This document shows, one piece after another, positions 11,033 to 24,690 of a DNA stretch of 64,000 nucleotides. The first letter of the stretch is position 1. Every line of letters starts with the position of its first letter. The stretch is from Gordius albopunctatus. Lineage: Eukaryota. The stretch spans positions 248,001 through 312,000 of the forward strand of contig OZ193909.1 in assembly GCA_964276515.1 (NCBI GenBank), written 5' to 3'. Made by a program: the position numbers and the translations under genes. The notes below the pieces were generated by a model. The model was not told the origin of the DNA. It did no database searches and was given only the letters and a program-made list of their open reading frames with translations.

Positions 11033-14000
11033 TGTAGAGAGGTAAAGTGCCTCCAGTGATACGATAGTTACCTGCGTGTTGATGTTATTTTCAGGCGCGT
11101 TGGCGATCAAATTTGATGTTATTTACACGCGCGTTGGCGATCAAATTATCGTTAATTGGTTGTAACATATAAAGGCGTTGGATATATACGCCAGGACACT
11201 TATTTTGTCGTCGTGTTTTTGTATCACACTCCTAATAGTTTACGTGAATAAATATCAGCCCCTAACAGTGGCGACGTGGAGAAACCTACTCGGAGATGCA
11301 GAAATATAAAACAACGGCTAACATCGATGCTTTCTTAACCCAATTTGAGTTATTCCTTAGGAACAATAAGACGGAGACAGATGAACAAAAAGCCGCGCTA
11401 TTATTAACCAGCCTCGAGGGGGATGCATTCCAATTAATACTAGAGGATTATAGACCGCAAGAGTTGACAGGAATTACATACGAAGAAGCGAAAAATCGAT
11501 TAAGGAAATTATTCCAGAGAAATTCATGTACGAGGGCAAAGAGGTACGAATTCTCAAAGCTCCGACAAGGCCAGGGAGAGACGATAGACACGTACGCTAA
11601 TAGACTCAAGGCCGGGGCTAATAGCTGCAACTTCGGAAATGAAGAAGTGCAGAGCAGAATCGTCGACCAATTCATTATAGGATTGCGCGATAGAAACTTA
11701 CAAGCGAGACTGTTGGCAGAAAATGACATCAAATGGGACCGCCTACGGGAGCTGGCAGTAACGGCCGAGACAATAAATGGCGGGCTAAGCACCTTGCAGG
11801 ACGGGGTTGAAGAGGCGTGGAGCGTAGTGGCGAAACGAGAAGCGTGGCCTGGGCCTGTCCGGATTCCCAGGTTAAACCATGCTTTAGATGTGTTAACAGT
11901 TGATATATATATTAATAACGAATTGTTCCAATTTATCGTCGATACCGGCGCTACGGTTTCGATATTACCGGCGCGAAGATGGGCGAAGGAGATCCCACGC
12001 AACAAAGAGGCCGTCCCGACGGTGTACGCCTACGGCCACGGGGAAATAAAGATCGTAGCCAAGGTACAAGCCGAAGTCCGATTGGGTAACACAAGGAAAC
12101 AGCTGTCGTTATTGCTAGCAGACGTAGCGGGGCCGCCGCTATGCGGGATCGATTGGATACAAGAATTCGAACCCGAAATATGGCGTCAAATGCGTTGGAA
12201 CTCGAGAACAGCGGCGGAACGGTTCGCGGTCAATTACGTGGAAAGACCGAAGGATACCAAGTTAGCGATACAGCACGTGATGAAGCGATGGGAGGGCCAG
12301 CAAAACGAATTCCCGCAAGCAGTCAAGGGAATAACGGTGGAAGTACCGGTAAAAGAGGGCATAGATCTCGTATTTATCCCCGCGCGAAGAGTGCCGATGG
12401 CGTGGAAGAAAGAAATAGAAGAAGAACTGAATAAATGGGTCAGAGACGAGGTGATAGAACCAATCGATTTCTCAAGATGGGCCAGCCCAGTGGTACCCGT
12501 GAAAAAAAGCGATGGGACTCTCCGATTATGTATAGACTACCGGTTTACGATAAATAAATACGCACAAGGGTTGCTATACCCCTTACCCAAAATCGACGAT
12601 TTGTTAAATAAACTCGATAACGCGTGTTATTTTACGAAGCTAGACCTCACGAAAGCGTACTTACAGCTTGAATTAGGACCAGAGACGAGCCAGCGGTTGA
12701 CGATCTCGACTCACAAGGGCTTATTCAAAGTTAACCGGATGCCGTTTGGTTTGAATTGTGCAGCGGCTATTTTCCAAAAAACAATGGACCAAATATTAGG
12801 AGGCATGGAAGGGGTAACGGTATACATCGACGACATACTAATTGCAGGGGAAACGGAAGAAATTCACAACGAGCGGTTACTCAAAGTACTAGAAACGTTA
12901 CAAAAGTGGGGGTTCGTGCCAAACATTACCAAGAGCAACTTGTGGGCGAAGGAAGTAACCTTTTTGGGATACGTAATAAGTAACAAGGGGATTCAAATCA
13001 ACGACAATAAAGCCGAGATAGTCAAGCAGTGGAAAAATTTAACAAACAAAAAAGAAATAAGATCCTTCCTTGGGTTAACAGCATACTTTGCAAAGTTCAT
13101 TAAGGACTACGCCAAAATCATACACCCGATTCAGAAACTAATGAAAAAAAATGTGGTGTACCACTGGGGTGGAGAACAACAAGGCGCGTTCGAAGCTATC
13201 AAATCCGCCCTTACGAAAGCCCCCGTACTGGCGTACTTCAATGGAGATTGGGAGACAGGGCTGGTAGTAGACGCCTCTAGTACAGGGTTAGGGGCCATCT
13301 TACAGCAACGAGCACCAGGAGAGAATTGGAGGGTGGTGGCCTATGCGTCAAGAGCGTTAAACGATAGCGAAAGCCGGTATGCGACGATCGAGCGAGAGGC
13401 TCTGGCGGTGGTGTATGGACTAAAAAAGTTCAATGAATTTATACAGGGACGAAGCGTAACTATTATGACGGATCATAGACCGCTAGTATATATATTCGAC
13501 CAGAGCAAAAAGGGCAAGGAACAATGGTCACCTCGGCTAACTAGGTGGGCGCTCATTGTATCAGGCTACACGACCAAGTTCGAGTACAACAAGGGAACCG
13601 AAAACGCGGCAGATTTCTTGTCCAGGAAACCGAACGAACACGCGTATCAGGTTACCGAGGAAATTCCAGAAGACTCGACGAATCCGTTTATTTCATTGGA
13701 CGTAGTAAGACAACGCACCTTGGAGGATCCGGGGCTACGTCAAGTAAAAGAGGGGATGAAAGGTAAACAAAACACAATGGTCACGGGTGGGCTAAAATGC
13801 ACCTACGAAAAACACCTGCCAAAGTTGCATGAGGCCAAGAGCATAATATATTACAAAGGGCGACGAATATTAATTCCGGCTAAGTTACGAGGAGCGGTAC
13901 TACAAAGACTACATAGGGGCCACGTGGGTATCAAGCGAATGCAAGAAGTGGCGCGGCAGTATATATGGTGGCCTACTCTCGACGAGGACTTATTGAGCGT

Positions 14001-15060
14001 AGCGAAAGGATGCCGGGATTGCAATTACACGGCCACGGCGGCGAAGAAGGCACCGTTGATAGAGTGTCAACCTAGCCAAAAACCATGGGTCCAAGTACAT
14101 ATCGATATCATGGGGCCTCTCAAGGGTAAGTCATACCTCGTGATGGTGGACAATAGTTTGAAATGGGTAGAGGTGTTTTTAAGTTAGAAGACACCACGTC
14201 GACAACCATTATAAAAAAACTTGCCGAGACGTTTGCAAGATTTGGAAATCCACCATGGCTAATATCGGATAATGGCCCACAATTCAAAGGACAGGATTTA
14301 CAAAACTTTTGCAAGATGAGAGGGATTAATCAGCGATGGACAGCTCCGTACCATCCTGCGTCGAACGGTTTGGCAGAAAGATACGTACGATTAATGAAAG
14401 AAGCCATCATGAGGAACGATTCGGAAGTAGGGATAAATAGATTTCTGGAAAACTATAGATCGACGAAACACCCCACAACCAATAAAAGCCCGGCATAGAT
14501 GATGTTAAAAAGGCGTATACGAACCGAATGGGAGGTATTAAGGGAAACCGTACCGCAACAATGGGTAGAGACCGGGAACCCACGAATGTTCAACGTAGGA
14601 GACTTGGTGTGGGTACGCATGTTCCTGGGTCCAAGCAAATGGGTGGAAGGCACGATAAAGGCCAAACATGGGAGTCGTTCCTACGATGTATGGGCACAGG
14701 GAAGAAAGCACCACCGACACCTGGATCAAGTAAGGAAACGGAAAATCCTGGATTGGACCACGCTGGGGCAAGAGAACGGGTGGCCACAAAGAATATCACC
14801 AGAAAGGGAAGAGGGAACAAATGCGCCAATGGAACAAATGCAAAACAGGGTAACAAGTGCGACAAGGGAACAAAGCCAAAACCAGACAGGAACTCCTAGG
14901 GAAGAACCGAGATACCCACAACGTAGCCGGAAACCGCCAGCATTCCTTAAGGATTTTGTCTGTGAAAAGGGGGGAACTGTAGAGAGGTAAAGTGCCTCCA
15001 GGGATACGATAGTTACCTGCGTGTTGATGTTATTTACACGCGCGTTGGCGATCAAATTTG
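11033..15060 (+). mobile_element. Ty3/Gypsy LTR retrotransposon (element A)
   Basis: 5' LTR 11033-11267 (TG..CA), PBS TGGCGACG at 11269, PPT 14964-14976 and 3' LTR from 14978, truncated at about 15060. Confidence 0.93.
11296..14990 (+). CDS. Gag-PR-RT-RNaseH-IN polyprotein, disrupted within integrase
   Basis: 963-aa ORF with DTGA protease, YIDD RT, DAS RNase H and HHCC. Integrase SDNGPQF follows a frameshift near 14180; in-frame TAG at 14496. Confidence 0.92.
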
Positions 15061-15683
15061 AATACCAGAAAGAAATTTTAGATGATATAAATACATTACA
15101 ATTGTCTCAAAGCACTAAGGTCTTTGAAAAAGCCTCCAATTTATTCTTGGAAAAATGGTCATCTAAAGCCTCAAAGTTTTGCGAATATTTTTATAAGAAT
15201 GGGTTTATAAAAATGATACATGGTAAGCTTGAATTAAGGGTTGCTCCAGCAAAAAGTGTTCACTATGTATATCTATTTAAAATTATTTATGTTTATATTG
15301 TCAGAAAAATATGTTCATTATGCATTTGTATTTGAAATTATTTATGTTTATACTCTAATAAAAATTTCAAAAATTTATTAGATTTAAATTTATGACATAT
15401 GCATAGTAACATTAAGAGGAGGGGCAATGTATATTATCAAGCCTCCAAACTATTTATTTTAGCTAAAATAAATAAGTGCTTAATTTTATTCACAAATTAA
15501 ATTTTTTATATAAAAATATAAAATCAATGATAATTTAATTATTAGTTATTGAATTATAAACTGAGTATTTTTTTAATTTAGCATCTAAATATTATTGAAC
15601 AATTTGTAAAGATTATTAGGCAATTTTTAAAATAATATATTTTTTCAACCAATCAATTCTATTGAAAACTAAATTGTGTTTTG

Positions 15684-16060
15684 ATTACTGAGCAATGCTC
15701 AAAAACGACTTATCAATTCAAATTATTAAGAAATTTTATTAAATTATTGAGGTACTGAGCAATGTTATTAAATTACTGAGCAGTGCTCGAAAATTACTTA
15801 TCAATTCAAATTATTAAGCAATTTTATTAAATTATTGAGGTACTGAGCTATGTTATTAAATTACTGAGCAATGCTCATTGCTACCTAGGCAAGGCTATAT
15901 AATTACTGAGCAATTTATTGTTAATTAACTGTGCAATTTTATTTAATTACTGAGCAATTTATTATTAATTAACTGTGCAATTTTTAATAATTTACTGCGC
16001 ACTTAAATATATTACTGTGCATATTTTACTGCGCATTTTTTAATTTCTTACTGTGCACTT
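15684..16060. repeat. Tandem repeat: 88-bp unit x2 plus decaying ATTACTGAGCAA/ACTGTGCA motifs
   Basis: Units start at 15684, 15772 and 15860; short motif reiterated to about 16060. Confidence 0.75.
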
Positions 16061-16262
16061 AAATAACATCCTTTTATAATTATCGCTTGGTATTCTTATA
16101 ACATGTGTTCGCGATTCATTTAAATAAAGTATAATCCAGATTCAAAAAAAGGTTATACCAAATTTATTAAAATGATGTAAATTTTGATATTATTATTTAT
16201 GGTTAATAAAAGATGCATTTTATACTAAATTATTTATTACAGTCTTTTATAAATTTATTAGT

Positions 16263-16562
16263 GATGTTGATATTATCAAATATTAAGTTAAAAACAATCA
16301 AAACTAAATTGTTTAGAAACTCAATATTTATTTCTAAATTATGGACAAATGTGATATTCTCAAATATTAAGTTATAAGCAAAAAAATTATTTTAATATAT
16401 TAATGGCTTAAGTTTGGGAACTCGATATTTATTTCTAAATTATGGACAAATGTTGATATTATCAAATATTAAGTTAAAAACAATCAAAATCAAATATTAA
16501 TTGTCTAGAAACTTAATATTTATTTCTAAATTATGGACAAATGTTGATATTATCAAATATTA
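16263..16562. repeat. AT-rich tandem repeat, about 90-100 bp period
   Basis: TATTTATTTCTAAATTATGGACAAATG...GATATTATCAAATATTA occurs three times. Confidence 0.75.
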
Positions 16563-16717
16563 CATCATTTTTTAAATATATTAAAATTAAGAACAAATGG
16601 TAAAGCATTCTTTGAAGCTGTTTCTATTTCAGGAATATCAGGTTAAGAATCTAAATAATATAAATAAATTTAAAATTAATATACTTGTGCATAATTTAAT
16701 GAATCCCAAGAAGAGGA

Positions 16718-17745
16718 TTTTTGCAAGTGGTACGATGCCTGATGAGTGGAGGGAAAGCTATGTTATTATAAAATGAAGAAAGATGTACAAGAGTGCAAAA
16801 ACTTGACGGATCACGCAATGAATTGGTGGAAAAAGGTCATTGAAGCTAGACTTTGAAAAATAATCTTAATAGATGAACGTAAATTTGGGTTCATGCCTGT
16901 AAAGGGGACTTCATGCAACACATGGTATCAGGCGACTTAAGGAATTATATAAGAAAATGTGTTCCATCGATCTTGAGAAAGCTTACGATAAAGTCTGAGG
17001 CAGTTGGAATAGCCTGAGTTCCAATTCCAATGGTGTACCCGGCGCTTATGTAATGTTAATAAAGGCCAAGTACGGATCCACTGGTACATTAAAGGGATTT
17101 AGTCCAAATGTCTGTGTGCATTAAGGATCGGCACTAAGTAGATTGTTCATAGCAATGATGGGTAGATAACTTAAGACCTGAAATGCGAATAACCTTGGGT
17201 AATGCGTTTTTCGGATGATATAGTGCTGTCCGCAGGTACAAATGTGGAATCAGCAACACAGATAAAAGTGTGGATGAATCGTATTAAAAGCAATTGTATT
17301 AAAGTCAGCCGAGATAAAACTGAATACATATGCTTGGAGTCGGGAAATGAATACAAAGTAAATCTGTACCCACGGCAATATATGGAGCGTAAACATGGGC
17401 GATTAAGGCAAAGAAAGATCAAAGCCTGGCTACAATGTAGATACGACCGTTGAGATGAATCTTGGGATTAAGCAAGAAGGACTTTGAAAAAATCATGATA
17501 TAAGGTACAAATGGCATGTATTTTCGATTTAGAGAAAGTTGATTGTAGAAGATTGAGATGGTATGACCATTTGAAGAGACGGGAGGAAAGTCACCTTGCA
17601 AAGCGTATCAAGAATGTGCAAGTCGAAGGTAAGCGAAAGAGAGGGATGCCTGAGCTCACATATTCATATAGACTTAAAAAGGTGCGAGCTAAGGTGAAGC
17701 TGGTGTAAGGGCTGGAATGCTGACCAGCAAGTGTGACAAACATCA
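16718..17745 (+). mobile_element. Degraded RTE family 1, 3' part
   Basis: Collinear with 2370-3670 (FSDDIV, RRLRWYDHL, GTGACAAACA end). Confidence 0.85.
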
Positions 17746-18706
17746 AAAATATAGCAATTGTACTATTAAAACATTTTTGGCCTTTGAAAGTTGCTCATTC
17801 CTTTTAATATATGTAACTATATTTTTTTCTTTAAGCAAGTGTATCATTCCAGACAAAATGATGTAAAAAAATACAATTAATTAATATTATCAGTAGTATA
17901 CCCTTTCGGTCAAAAACTTTATACTAATCGATACCAGAAAAATGTTGTGTGGTATTTTAATGCTAAGTATAATATTAAAAAATACTTAATTTGTTAGCCT
18001 TATTTGAAGTGCCAAGCTCTTTAAACACTTATATTTCTGTGTTAAGTTATTTAAGCTAAATATTTTGTGTTGATGAATTCTAATAAAGCGCAAGTGAAGA
18101 TTTGAATTGCTATGTAATTTATTTATAGCGGGACGCCGAACTAAATACTAATTTGAGAATAGCGTAAAAGTGCAACTATAATTATTATATTTATTCATAT
18201 ATATAACTCACGTTAAATTCCCAACTCGCCCAATAGTCGAGGAACCGTGGCTTATGAGCCTTTTTAAAGCCGGTTATAATGATTAAAGTATGGATTTATG
18301 GGAGCAGAAACAAGGAGCAATTTATAAACTGTGCAATTTATAGTTAATGATAAGATTCAACTAATCCAATAAATTACCTATATGATCCTAAGTAGCATGA
18401 AAAAATTAATTAAATTATCAATATTTGGCACTTTTCAACATTTGTACATTGAATTGAAGTATGGCATACAATGGGTGGAGGTCAAATAATCCTTGTGGTA
18501 ATTGATTTTGATTTTAGATGCATTATGCGGCCTTATTGATTTTAATTAAAGATATTGAGAGAATAATCTACCTTTCGTATATGATTTGGAAACAATGGCT
18601 AATTGGCAAGAAACAAAACAATAACGATAGTTGACCTTTAATAAATACAATATTTTTCATCTAGGCTCATAGTTGCTGTTTTCATTAAAAAATTCGCAAT
18701 TCTTAA

Positions 18707-21700
18707 ATGAATACAAAGTCTATCGTATCCTTTTTATTCGTGTGTCACATAATTTTAATTTTGAATAAAGGGGAAAATGATGATGATCAAGAATCAAACG
18801 ACTATCCAGAGCATGAAATCAAAACTTCAAGGTTGCCCCTAATAAATTTTCCTGAAACGTTTGCTATACGGATCGGTGACATAAACATTGGTGGATTGTT
18901 TCAAGTGTATATTCCAACCAATATTCTCAATGTGCGTTGTAGCAATATCATGGATGCCTATATGATCTCTAAGGCGTACGCCATGATATACGCTATTGAT
19001 TTATATAATGAGCGTCTTATGAAATTATACAATCTATCTCTTGGGTATGCCATATTACCAACTTGTTCGAACCCCGGCACTGCGTTGGTGAGCCTCTCAT
19101 TTATTTAAACAACTATACTTTCCAAACATGATATTTCTTAATTTTAATATAAATATCTCGAAAAATCCTGTTTTTTATATTTCTAAATTTAACTCTCATA
19201 AAGAACTAATAAATTTCGCAAATAGCTTAATTATGCTAGAAAAAGATAGGCTTTGTCTAACTTTAATGTTCTTTCACACTAAATTTAAGGTATGGGTATT
19301 AATTATTTCAACCAAATAATTAAAACGAAACACTGTTGAAATCTTTAAAATAAAATAGTTTCATATTGATATATATTATAGAAAAAAATTACGAAATAGC
19401 ATATTTTGAAATTTTGGGATTTGACCAAGTTAAATTGTAATAAAAAGTTGTTTCTAAACATGTCGCAAAAAACAAGAAATATTAAAATTTGAAAAAGTTT
19501 AAAATGTGCTGTTTATCTAAACAATTTGAATTAAACGAAGACCGATATATTGTTTTTTACCAAAATATCCCGGGGGGCTAAGATTTTGATTTTGGAGTGT
19601 GATACTTTGGCCCCTCCAACCCTAGTACATCAGACAATTTGAAAGCGCTAAATTATGTGATTACCAACATGTAATTTTGCTTTTGTTTTCAAAAGATTCA
19701 ATCAGTATTGTTGCGCCGTTTTATGGAAAATAAGAATATGATAGGCGTCATTGGACCATTTTACAGCATCGAAATGTCCTTGGTCACAAGTTATTTTACT
19801 CATTTCAAAATTCCCCATTTGAGTCCGGAAGCGAACGCCGAGTACATATTCAACCCTAGGTATATTTAGTATTTTAATCCATTCTTATTATTTTTTATAG
19901 ATGGACACACATGTTTCGCCTCATGATGTCCCAAACATACCTCGTGGAGGGAATAGTTAAAGTCATGGAATATTTTAAGTGGAATTTATACGCTATCATA
20001 TATAGTGTAGATATATATAATGAATATAATGCCTATAAGGTACGTTACGAACTCAATAAAGTAAAGGTTTGCGCTGTATTGGAATTAAAAGTGCCTTTCC
20101 TTTTAACCAACCAATTTTTTGATGAGGATGAAGTCAAAATTTTTTTTAAAGAACTTCTTTCCATAGGTAGACCCTTAGTAACTATGGTATTTTTGTCAAA
20201 CGAACAATGCATATCTGTATTGCGCTACATCAAAGATGTTGCTGGAAATCGACACAATCTTATTTTTATTGGAGTAGACAATTGGCCCGAAGAAGAAAGG
20301 TTAAAAAATGAAGGCCTAGCTGAAATGTCGTTAGGGGCAATAACAATTTCTCGATATATGCATAACGTTACAGACTATTCATTATGGTTATATCACCAAA
20401 TTGCCAATATGTATGTGACCACAGCTAAACCTTGGATTCGCTTCCTAGGTGGTCTCAATTCTAGCATTTCGGAAAGCTTTTTACAATTAGACAATCGCAT
20501 TCCTTATATAATAGATGCAGTTTCAGCGTTGGTTATTGCTTTTGAGAACATGATGTTATCACCAATGTGTCGAAATAATTCAACAAACGTTTGTCTCATC
20601 AATAAAACAATTAGTAGTTCAGTACATAATTTATTTTACCAATACTTACTGAATGTATCATTCGAGGGTAGAGGGGGCAATTTCAGTTTTGACGCTCAGC
20701 GAACAGTAAGGCATAACCTGCGAATTGGAAACTTAATTAGAGATAAATCATCGAATGATGTTCGTATGGCTCGTGTCGGAAATTTCGACATTCAAACAAA
20801 TAGATTGATTATTATGCAAAGTTTTAGGTGGCGTCAATATATTTTCAATAACTCCAAAGAAGCTCCGCCATCATATTGTAGCAGACCTTGTGCTTCTCAT
20901 GAATTTAAAATAGATACCGAAAAACCGTGTTGTTGGCTTTGTATCACTTGTGGTGCCAGACAATATTTTCGTTCTGACGAGCGAACAACGAGCATGTGTA
21001 TCGAATGCCCATTTGGCAAAGAGCCCAACTTTTCAGGAGACGGATGTGACCCTATTGAAACAGTTTATTTGACCATTTACAGAGGAGCCATAGTTGTTCT
21101 TAAACTGTTGTCTGCCGTAGCTTTAACCGTGTTAATTCTAATAGCGATCAGTTACGTATTATTTTATCACCACGCCCTGTATAATGCGGAAGTAAGGCCC
21201 ATGTTCTATCTCCTTTATTGCGGTCTATTTTTGGCCCTCATAGCCACGTTACTTGTAACTGCTAAACCGACGTCTATCAGATGTGGTATAGGAAAATATT
21301 TATTTTTACTATCATTTACACTGATTTACGCTACTACATTGGGGAAAATTGTTCTTATTTCAGACAAATTAAAAGCCTCCAAAACGAGAAATCAAGTTAA
21401 AAATTCAGAAAAAAGGGTGTACTCTGCCATTGCTATTCTGTGCCTGATTCAAGTAATTAAAATTTTTTGTCATCTTTAAATATTTACACTATCATTTAAA
21501 AAATATTGATAATAAATTACATATGAATTTTATTTAAGATTATCATAAATCTTGTCATTGTTATTTTGGAATGGGGAAAACCGGCACAGGTTGAGAAAGA
21601 GCGGAATGATAGTTTAGTGTTGGAAACTTATTGTATAATATATGCTCAAGATAAAATTTTGGCGGCCATAGTGATAACCTACGAGCTAGCCTTGCTTCTA

Positions 21701-21967
21701 GTTTGCGTGTTGTATACAATCAAACTTCCTTCCTTTCCGCCCTCTTTTAAAGAAGCAGTCGATTTAAGGCATCGATTATACATTAATGTAATAATCTACT
21801 TTATCGGATTATGTGCGCACACTAGTTTCGACTCGATTATCAGCAATTTAATTTACCTATATTTTTACATGGCTGTTGTATATTGTGTCCTCTTTTGGAA
21901 TATGAGCTATAAAATACGATTCCTCAAATCCCATAATAAAGCCATGTTTCAAGGAATGACGCATTAA
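18707..21967 (+). CDS. Class C GPCR (mGluR/CaSR-like), copy A, about 841 aa
   Basis: Exons 18707-19087, 19696-19859, 19901-21452 and 21539-21967 join in frame. Signal peptide, Venus flytrap (GDINIGGLF, VIGP, FIGVDNW), cysteine-rich domain (PPSYCSRPC...CCWLCITC) and 7TM (PPSFKEA). Confidence 0.9.
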
Positions 21968-23264
21968 GATTACATTTATAGAATTAGTTTACGATGCGCA
22001 CGAATTAAATGATATGCATATAACGACATTACACATTAATAATGTTTCGGTACTTTATATCCCATATACTTTAAATGTAAATAAACAAAATGTAATAATT
22101 AGGTATTGATTTCATCACAAATATTCGTCCTTGTATTGAGATATTTATTGTCTTTATTAAGATTTTTAACCAATAAGTTAATATAAATTTTGTTTATAAT
22201 TTCTTACATGATAATAATTATATTGCATAATATAACTCATTAAGTATAAAAATTTATTACTACCTATATTTATTTAATAAAAAAATTGTCTTTAAAGTTT
22301 TAGTTATTATGGTTACATTTGCTGTTAAGGTACGTATAATGAGGACTTAATTTTAAAAGAAGGACTTCAAAATTATGAGCTCACATGTTTGTAACATTAC
22401 CAGTATATAAACAATTGTTATATATGTTCTCATATGATTATAATAGACATCCAAGCCTTTGATCTTTTCCGTTAATTTGCTCTGAACATATCTTAATACA
22501 TAGTATAAAGCTACATAATAAAAATCTGATCTTTTGACCAAATTAAAGAAATCGCAAGCTTTTTTGGAGTATATAATCTTTACATATAAACAACATAAAC
22601 TTTAAATTTTTGTTATAAAAAATTAAATTAATAAAAAATTTGTTTATAAAGTGGCATACTGAAAATTTTTTTTTTTAATTATTAAAAAGTTTATTTGTTA
22701 AAAATCCGTCGACAGTAATATAATAAAAAATTTGATTTTATTTCCTAAAAATTATTGAGCTTCTGGGAACTAGGCTGCGCGTAAAATGAGTATTCAACAA
22801 TTTAATTATGCTTATTTAGAAATGTGACAAAAATATAAGTAGATATTCAAATTTATTTTTAAATTCTAAACAAAAACTGAATAGTCCCACATTTGCATGA
22901 TTTTAGGCATTTTATATATGGCTTCAATCAATCAAATATATATTTATATACGTCGCTAAAGATGCATGTAGCCACAAAAGTATTTATGAAAATCCCAAAG
23001 ACCAATGCTTTGTAGACTAAATTTTAGGCTAACTTTCAATTCCCCACAAATTTCGAACCATTATTCAAAATAATACATACTTTAAACCCAGTGCTGAGAC
23101 AAATCCGAAAAAACTTTCGGTCTCGTCTCGTCCCAAAAAACTGAGAAAGAGAATTTGAAAAATTGAGCCGACATCAAAACGGGAATTTTTATCTCAAGAC
23201 GAAATGATACGGGATTTTATAAGAAACTTCTCGTTTTACCTTAATCCTCATATATTAAATTTAG

Positions 23265-24450
23265 TTGTGTATGGCGTCCTCCTTAAACGACGCGCATGGT
23301 AGGCGCCCGTCTCATGTGAATTGTCAACAAGGGTCATTACATCTTCCACAAACGGATGTAATTAAAGGAACTAGTTTGCTCAGTACAAGATTGAGAGTGG
23401 GCCCGCTAAAAAGTTTAAATGACGACTGCGAAATGCCGAAAAGTTGCTGTCACGTGTCACCTCTGCACGGATTAATATAGCATGTATACAAAAAATAGGA
23501 TGGAAAGGAGCAAGAGCAAGGATGATATGTGAAGGCTATAAAATTTGCCTAAATGGCTTAGATACGCATAAAATGGATTGGCAACCATATTAGCTTCTCA
23601 TTTTCAAGATTAAGTCATTGAGGCTTAGAGAAAAAGACAAAAGCCGAAGAGATTAAATGGGAAAATCAAATGGTTCCGGCTACCAAACTTGAAGGCTGTT
23701 TACAACTATTAAATAAAAAAACGGCTACAGATACATGATCATCAGAATGCTAACTATGTGTGGAAGAACATAGCTAATACGCTACAATCAGGAAATGTGT
23801 TCTAAGGGAAGACAAACCAGGTATACAGAAAGATAAAAAAGACGTGGTGGTGGAAGACGACATGCAACGTTTAGTCAGCTAAAAAGAAAGCGTTACAGAG
23901 TATGATCGTTTAACATAATTGACAAGTTTGGCATATGTGAAAGCTAAAATTGAAGCAAAACGTTATGTGGCCAAGGCTTTAACAGATGTCTACGAAAATT
24001 GGAATTCTACGTTAAATATTCTAGAAGGGGAAGGAATGATATTATATAAGACCGTTATTGTGCCCACAGTAATTTATGGAGCGGAGACAGGGGTGATTAA
24101 GGCAAAGGAAGAGCAAAGCTTGGCTACAATGGAGATGCGAATGTTAAGATGGATCTTTGGAAAGAGTAAAAAGGACCATACAAGGAATCAAGAGATAAGG
24201 CTTAAACTAAATGTCGTTCCGATTGAGAGAATGTTGGTTATCAGAAGATTGAGATGGCATTGTTATTTAGAGAGATGGATGGAAAGTCGCTTTAAAAAGT
24301 GTATTTAGAAGGTGCAAGTCTATGGTAAGCGAAAGAGAGGGAGGCCTAAGCTGACATGGAAACATAAAATAAATATAGACTTGAAAAGGTACATGGTGTA
24401 AATGCAAGAATAAGTGGAAAAACGACTTGAAGGAGCTGAACCTTAAAGAA
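23265..24450 (+). mobile_element. Internally deleted RTE family 1 copy
   Basis: Joins segments matching about 445-740, 1300-1710 and 3240-3660 of the first copy. Confidence 0.85.
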
Positions 24451-24690
24451 ATATAGACTTTTCTACGAAAGGTATGCCAATTTTATTTGAATATTTATGA
24501 TATATCTATATAAATCAAATGTACTACCTCTTTCAATCCAATAGTTATAACCTTCTTTAAGATGTAGGAATCAGAGACCAGAAATGCCCGGCCCTTTAAA
24601 TTTTAATTTTCGGGCGGGCCCGGGCGGGCACGCTGCTAATATTTGGGCAATTCGGGCATAATCCAATTAAAAACATACTAGATTGTATAT

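Larger units (their letters stand above)
10363..15230 (+). pseudogene. Mutator/MULE-like transposase relic interrupted by a Gypsy element
   Basis: KVYYR|CNKVKCRGPQCAA...HTH zinc-finger-like motif across a short intron (about 10494-10527), then GMSLCVNEKEEDYISLF, and after the Gypsy EILDDINTLQLS...FLEKW...FCEYF. Confidence 0.6.

Noticed and set aside
14163..14498. Programmed frameshift or readthrough in Gypsy A
   Set aside because: Both breaks fall inside the integrase, which is uninterrupted in Gypsy B; they are better explained as mutations or a homopolymer error.
16263..16562. CRISPR-like repeat-spacer pattern
   Set aside because: The intervening segments resemble each other, repeats are degenerate and AT-rich, there are no cas genes, and the context is eukaryotic.
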